In this document: positions 17,801 through 20,564 of the stretch, in pieces
How positions within the stretch are numbered: the stretch's first letter is position 1
How the letters are laid out: the number at the start of each line of letters is the position of its first letter
From: Anaerolineae bacterium
GTDB lineage: Bacteria > Chloroflexota > Anaerolineae > B4-G1 > SLSP01
Length of the DNA: 20,564 nucleotides
Reading direction: 5' to 3'
Assembly: GCA_016928755.1 (NCBI GenBank)
Contig: JAFGKB010000065.1
Location: forward strand, 1-20,564
Notes under the pieces: generated by a model
The model's database searches: none
What the model was told of the DNA's origin: nothing
Seen by the model: the letters and a program-made list of their open reading frames with translations, nothing else
Translations under genes and position numbers: made by a program

Positions 17801-18260
17801 GGCGCGTAAAGGTCCACCAAGTAGACCAATTCCCCCAGCTTCCCTCTTCATAACTATAGGCCCGTACCCGCCAATAGTAGGTCTGCCCATCTTTAATGCC
17901 CTGACTGGTACGCTCAAAGTCATGGGCGGTGGGACAATACTTAGTCTGCTCAATCTGGTTCATATCCAAGACCAGCGCCGTATCCTGGGGCACTTCAGAA
18001 ATCTGCAATTGGTAACGCCGGGCCGCCGGCACCTCTAACCACTGAAAACACGGAATGCCCAGGGGTCGGCAAAGTAACCGGCTAGAATCCGGGTCTTTAG
18101 GATTCCCGGTCGTCTCGGTTTTATCAAGGGGCTGTAGTAATTGAGGGGCAGGTAACGTATCAGGCGCAAGCGGCGCCGACAGCACATTAGCAGGTACTAA
18201 TAGTGTAATCAGGAGACAGATAGTGACAAGACTAAGAGTACCCCAAACCTTATAACTCAT
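14811..18260 (-). CDS. Large secreted multi-FN3-like repeat protein of about 1150 aa.
   Basis: The signal peptide is 'WGTLSLVTICLLITLLVPANVLSA'. The likely true start is the second ATG at 18260, which has GGAGG 8 nt upstream. The maximal ORF start is 18278. Eight spaced FN3-type C-terminal strand motifs are present: 'YYWRVRAYSYEEGSWGNWS', 'IYWRVRAVHSS', 'IFWRVRAVNYYEVAGEWNNES', 'YYWRVNAGDGAWSQIW', 'YYWRVRALNS..GDGWSWS', 'YFWRLQSRY', 'YVWRVRMYDGTD' and 'FTWRVCGYNGSEEF'. A central region of about 200 aa, 'YWYFGWAIRQSG...RFQLYLDTDG', is unassigned. Confidence 0.8.
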   Translation of the reverse strand: MSYKVWGTLSLVTICLLITLLVPANVLSAPLAPDTLPAPQLLQPLDKTETTGNPKDPDSSRLLCRPLGIPCFQWLEVPAARRYQLQISEVPQDTALVLDMNQIEQTKYCPTAHDFERTSQGIKDGQTYYWRVRAYSYEEGSWGNWSTWWTFTRHWGIAPNLVQPEEDAVLYKPPLLKWTAVDGAEYYILQVSSDPDFPDDPSWPGFTYTYEPRNTAFALSTGAARDYKLPNDDTIYWRVRAVHSSNLRDALTRSGPWSNGGNGRKFSYCWSCNLDSKLGAGNDRRPLPLTPVNNEDHINSAYFSWTPVEGVAYYVLEMNQTSSFQQDPSSNVLGFFDDIINTGFLVKELKSDGDWDYLTSLNQIFWRVRAVNYYEVAGEWNNESPNASASFRPEKATHPSYPGIPYAVAPDLLYPEFYYDPLYSNLEPGQSVVLPTTLRWEDRTAAIPTFMWNQIQGAMTYTVQVADNKFFSPVAWELTTENLSATPTSLEPFSDPGIYYWRVNAGDGAWSQIWQTRIDQNRYVYTPTVAPPGLVQPTCQQEGDGLIYGQQILEHFPHLEWVPVNGVDHYEVQIATSSDFGDSVVETTATELTNYTPVKRYPPDTYYWRVRALNSINEPMGSGDGWSWSYYFSLVRQFSPEPIYSDAEQKLNQPFSQEALLTADLLGDHSGHNGYDLTALYTAMDNSYWYFGWAIRQSGSPVRFQLYLDTDGAHNSGMDSSPYPDGNALPDTGDPYRPENVLQWDMFGASGMPTVTLFSKLGANWDYASLLDKLGYAVFTTTQIYSDTAGFVMLAVPQTAIGSPATVNAHLVSVDASSDTIIDTVDRGYVAVTSAPTPRTPPNMHLLEDRTVIYPRMPLMTWHTMEDIRNVRYQSSTDDTFSQIEEGEEPNGQIPLIMSFSDSNPYYLTADVYADNVYFWRLQSRYPDPWAITSSWSKNILESNWSRAIRFSKRAQVPTNLSPSTGEFVKSTPTFSWSPVQGAARYHFELEGGGYSFSEDEMVNNIFVPEDAIPNGDYVWRVRMYDGTDTGNMSQDNYAEGRFTKGSDVPSLVFPLRTDSFTDTAYFRWSVLPGASYYNLEVASDNNFSVNYQLYKEINNTMYVPESKPKAVVAGPFTWRVCGYNGSEEFMGCEQYLISTIYLPVVIRF

Positions 18261-18370
18261 CAGAAGAACCTCCGCCATAACATATTTCTCATCTTCTTAA
18301 TAGGATTTTAAAGGAAAAATTTCCCATTCACAATTTAAGAATATCACTGAGATGATAAGGTTAAAGTCAC

Positions 18371-18376
18371 ATTATA
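18371..18376 (-). promoter_or_regulatory. Candidate -10 hexamer (TATAAT on the minus strand) for the FN3-protein gene, inside the AT-rich divergent intergenic region.
   Basis: The minus strand reads '...cagttgTATAATgtgac'. No convincing -35 hexamer is present. It lies about 95-110 nt upstream of the start codon. Confidence 0.2.
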
Positions 18377-18490
18377 CAACTGTCCTTACCATTCCCATTA
18401 TAGATTAGAGAATAGATAGTGTCAATTAGAGCAAGACAACTTTCCACACAAGGTTTTATATATAAGCATTTGCTCAAAAAAATTTCTCTC

Positions 18491-18518
18491 TTGTCCTTCC
18501 TTCACTTTCAGGTATACT
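18491..18518 (+). promoter_or_regulatory. Candidate sigma70-type promoter for malQ, with -35 TTGTCC and -10 TATACT separated by 16 nt.
   Basis: TTGTCC is at 18491-18496 and TATACT at 18513-18518, about 40 nt upstream of the malQ ATG. Both sit in an AT-rich intergenic region of about 30% GC. Confidence 0.35.
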
Positions 18519-18543
18519 AAAAGTTGATAACCCGTTAAGTTTT

Positions 18544-18549
18544 GAGGAG
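18544..18549 (+). promoter_or_regulatory. Ribosome-binding site GAGGAG for malQ.
   Basis: GAGGAG lies 8 nt upstream of the ATG at 18558. Confidence 0.6.
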
Positions 18550-18557
18550 AAAAAAGC

Positions 18558-20084
18558 ATGCGTTTTCCACGCTCAGCCGGCATTTTATTACACCCAACCT
18601 CCTTGCCTGGAGGTTATGGAATTGGAGAACTCGGGGAACAAGCCTACCGCTTTATAGATTTCCTGGTTGAAAGCGGGCAATCCCTCTGGCAAGTATTGCC
18701 CTTAGGCCCCACTGGTTACGCGGACTCACCTTATGCCTGTTTTTCTGCATTTGCAGGCAATCCATTACTCATCAACCTGAATTGGCTGGCCTCTGAAGGG
18801 GATATTGATCCCCAAGACCTGGAACAGGCCCCCCACTTTCCCAACGAGTATGTTGATTACGGACCTGTGATTAACTTCAAGATGGCCATCTTGCACCGTG
18901 CGGCACGGAAATTCCGCGCGGAGGCAACTAGCGAACGCCGAGAGAAATTTGAGGCGTTCTGCGAAGAGAACTCGGCCTGGCTAGATGATTATATCCTTTT
19001 TATGGCCCTCAAAGAGGCCCACGGCGGCGCGGTCTGGAACACCTGGGAATGGGAATTAGCAGCCCGTGATCCTGAGACATTAGCCGCATGGCACGAACGA
19101 CTCGACGAGAACATCTTCGCCCATCGCTATCTCCAATACCAATTCTTCCGCCAGTGGGATGAACTCAAGAAATACGCCAATGACAAAGGTGTTCAAATTG
19201 TGGGCGATATCCCGATCTTCGTTGCCTATGACAGCGCGGACGTATGGGCACACCCGGAGCTTTTCCATCTCGATGATGACTATCTCCCCACTATCGTGGC
19301 CGGGGTTCCACCGGATTACTTCAGTCCTACCGGCCAACTATGGGGCAACCCCCTATACTGTTGGGATAAGATGGCAGAGGGTAATTACGAGTGGTGGATT
19401 GCGCGCCTTAGCCAATGTTTACAAATGGTGGATATAGTGCGCCTGGACCACTTCAGAGGTTTTGCCGCCTATTGGGAAATTCCGGCCGGTGAACCCACCG
19501 CAGTTAACGGCAAGTGGAAAGAAGGCCCTGGAGCACCTCTGTTCACAGCAATTAGAGATGCCTTGGGCGAACTCCCCATCATCGCCGAAGACCTGGGCCA
19601 CATCACAGAAGACGTAGAAGAGTTGCGCGACCAGTTCAAATTCCCCGGGATGAAGATTCTGCAGTTTGCGTTTACAACCGATGCGACAAACCCCTATCTC
19701 CCCCATAATTGCGAACCTAACTGCGTTATTTACACCGGGACCCATGACAATGACACAACTTTAGGTTGGTTTGAGAGTCGCGAAGAAGAAGAAAAGCTAA
19801 AGGCATGGCGATATCTGGGACCCATTAGCGAATCTATAAACTGGGCCTTAATCCGCATGGCTTATAGGTCAGTGGTGGATATAGCCATAGCGCCATTACA
19901 GGACGTGCTCGGACTGGGCAACAGTGCCCGGATGAACACACCGGGGAATGCAAGCGGCAACTGGAGTTGGCGCTTCACCGAGAATATGCTACGTGAGGAA
20001 ATCAGCAGTAAGCTAATGGAAATGGCCCTTACTTATGGGCGCAAAGAACCCGAAGAACCGGAAAGCCGTCCATCCTGGATGTAG
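18558..20084 (+). CDS. malQ: 4-alpha-glucanotransferase (amylomaltase, GH77).
   Basis: The 508-aa ORF starts 'MRFPRSAGILLHPTSLPGGYGIGELG...FLVESGQSLWQVLPLGPTGYADSPYACFSAFAGNPLLI'. This is the characteristic GH77 MalQ N-terminus. 'VRLDHFRGF' and 'GDIPIFVAYDSADVW' are conserved catalytic-region motifs. Confidence 0.95.
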   Translation: MRFPRSAGILLHPTSLPGGYGIGELGEQAYRFIDFLVESGQSLWQVLPLGPTGYADSPYACFSAFAGNPLLINLNWLASEGDIDPQDLEQAPHFPNEYVDYGPVINFKMAILHRAARKFRAEATSERREKFEAFCEENSAWLDDYILFMALKEAHGGAVWNTWEWELAARDPETLAAWHERLDENIFAHRYLQYQFFRQWDELKKYANDKGVQIVGDIPIFVAYDSADVWAHPELFHLDDDYLPTIVAGVPPDYFSPTGQLWGNPLYCWDKMAEGNYEWWIARLSQCLQMVDIVRLDHFRGFAAYWEIPAGEPTAVNGKWKEGPGAPLFTAIRDALGELPIIAEDLGHITEDVEELRDQFKFPGMKILQFAFTTDATNPYLPHNCEPNCVIYTGTHDNDTTLGWFESREEEEKLKAWRYLGPISESINWALIRMAYRSVVDIAIAPLQDVLGLGNSARMNTPGNASGNWSWRFTENMLREEISSKLMEMALTYGRKEPEEPESRPSWM

Positions 20085-20096
20085 AAAGTCATTTAA

Positions 20097-20200
20097 GTTA
20101 AGACTACAAAGGTCTTAGCAGGCTATCGCTTTAGCATAAGCCCTATCTTAATGTGCGAAAGTCCGCTTTACAAGAGATCTGTTAAGACTTTTGTAGTCTA
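20097..20200. repeat. Pair of related short palindromic elements in the convergent-gene spacer: hairpin A at 20097-20119 and hairpin B at 20185-20199.
   Basis: Hairpin A is GTTAAGAC-tacaaag-GTCTTAGC, with an 8-bp stem that includes one G-U pair. Hairpin B is AGACT-tttgt-AGTCT. 'gttaagact' is directly repeated at 20097-20105 and 20181-20189. 'agactacaaa' at 20101-20110 is the reverse complement of 'tttgtagtct' at 20190-20199. Neither hairpin is followed by a U-tract. Confidence 0.4.
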
Positions 20201-20210
20201 TCTTCATGTT

Positions 20211-20564
20211 TTATCTTTGGTCATACAACCATCTATAGTGGGCAAAGTGCTCCGTAATGCGCTCCACATAGGTCCGGGTCTCGTTAAACGTAATCAACTC
20301 GACAAAGAGGTCTATATCCTCCTGGGCCGCCTCACGCCACCGGGCAGCATTGCCCGGACCGCCATTATAACCGGCCATTGCAGCATATAAATCACCGTCA
20401 AACCGGTCACGCTGTTTTGCCAGGTACCAGGTCCCATAACGTACACTGACCATCGGGCGATACAAATCAGGGGTCTCATAATCCGGCGGCCATCCCAACG
20501 CCTGGAAAATCTCCGCTCCAGTCGGCGGGATCACCTGCATTAAGCCTTGGGCCGCAGCATAAGA
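20211..20564 (-). CDS. Lytic transglycosylase (SLT domain, GH23). Only the C-terminal part is in the window, and the gene runs off the right edge.
   Basis: The frame stays open to the window end. The translation '...SYAAAQGLMQVIPPTGAEI...YAAMAGYNGGPGNAARW...ITFNETRTYVERITEHFAHYRWLY' matches the Slt70 catalytic-domain motifs (AGAxGLMQxMPxTA, AAYNAGPGRVxxW, IPFSETRGYVKxVLxYxxYY). Confidence 0.85.
   Translation of the reverse strand, partial: SYAAAQGLMQVIPPTGAEIFQALGWPPDYETPDLYRPMVSVRYGTWYLAKQRDRFDGDLYAAMAGYNGGPGNAARWREAAQEDIDLFVELITFNETRTYVERITEHFAHYRWLYDQR

Noticed and set aside
14849-18038. Short ORFs antisense to the FN3 gene, for example 15953-16297 + of 114 aa and 17799-18038 +.
   Set aside because: The same reasoning applies. 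They are embedded in a well-supported long ORF.
18520-18557. Possible riboswitch or leader upstream of malQ.
   Set aside because: The predicted 5' UTR is only about 35 nt, which is too short for a structured regulatory RNA.
19080-19745. Antisense ORFs inside malQ (19080-19337 -, 19419-19745 -, 19159-19437 +).
   Set aside because: malQ identity is unambiguous, and these are chance frames.
20151-20390. Plus-strand ORF 20151-20390 of 79 aa, overlapping the 3' end of the SLT gene.
   Set aside because: It overlaps the conserved SLT-domain coding region on the opposite strand and has no RBS.
1-20564. Search for tRNA or rRNA genes and for IS/transposase genes.
   Set aside because: No intergenic segment is long or GC-structured enough for a tRNA. 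No transposase-like ORF is present. There are no long terminal inverted repeats beyond the small hairpins already listed.

Overview
This window is 20.5 kb of a bacterial chromosome of roughly 50% GC. The large DUF11-repeat and FN3-repeat surface proteins and an LPXTG protein suggest a monoderm or filamentous lineage such as Chloroflexota, but that is only a guess. Nine of the ten genes are on the minus strand. The first group, from right to left, is a tightly spaced or overlapping minus-strand cluster: a polytopic SPFH/band-7 protein (5730-7280), a second SPFH/band-7 protein (4423-5727), a 322-aa unknown protein with a TPR-like N-terminus and a possible degenerate LexA/S24-like C-terminus (3445-4413), and a pseudouridine-kinase-like PfkB kinase (2513-3448). 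After a 97-bp gap comes a markedly AT-richer two-gene module: a protein with clear RAMP (Cas7/Cmr-like) hallmarks (1291-2415) whose stop overlaps the start of an OLD/ABC-type P-loop ATPase (41-1294). No CRISPR array or other cas genes are visible in the window. This standalone RAMP plus ATPase pair is the main candidate for an undescribed defense-type system. The second group is three consecutive secreted or surface proteins: a 2145-aa DUF11-repeat plus CARDB giant (7345-13782), a 294-aa Pro/Thr-repeat stalk protein with a C-terminal LPKTG sortase signal (13884-14768), and a roughly 1150-aa protein with about eight FN3-like modules (14811-18278). Both giants end in a shared short tail, [VI]YLP[LV][IV]I[KR], which may be an unrecognised C-terminal tag. 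On the right, a 280-bp AT-rich divergent intergenic region precedes malQ (4-alpha-glucanotransferase, plus strand, 18558-20084). malQ converges with an SLT-domain lytic transglycosylase that runs off the right edge. I found no rRNA, tRNA, IS element or CRISPR array. Every homology call below rests on motifs I recognised by eye, and none has been checked by a search.
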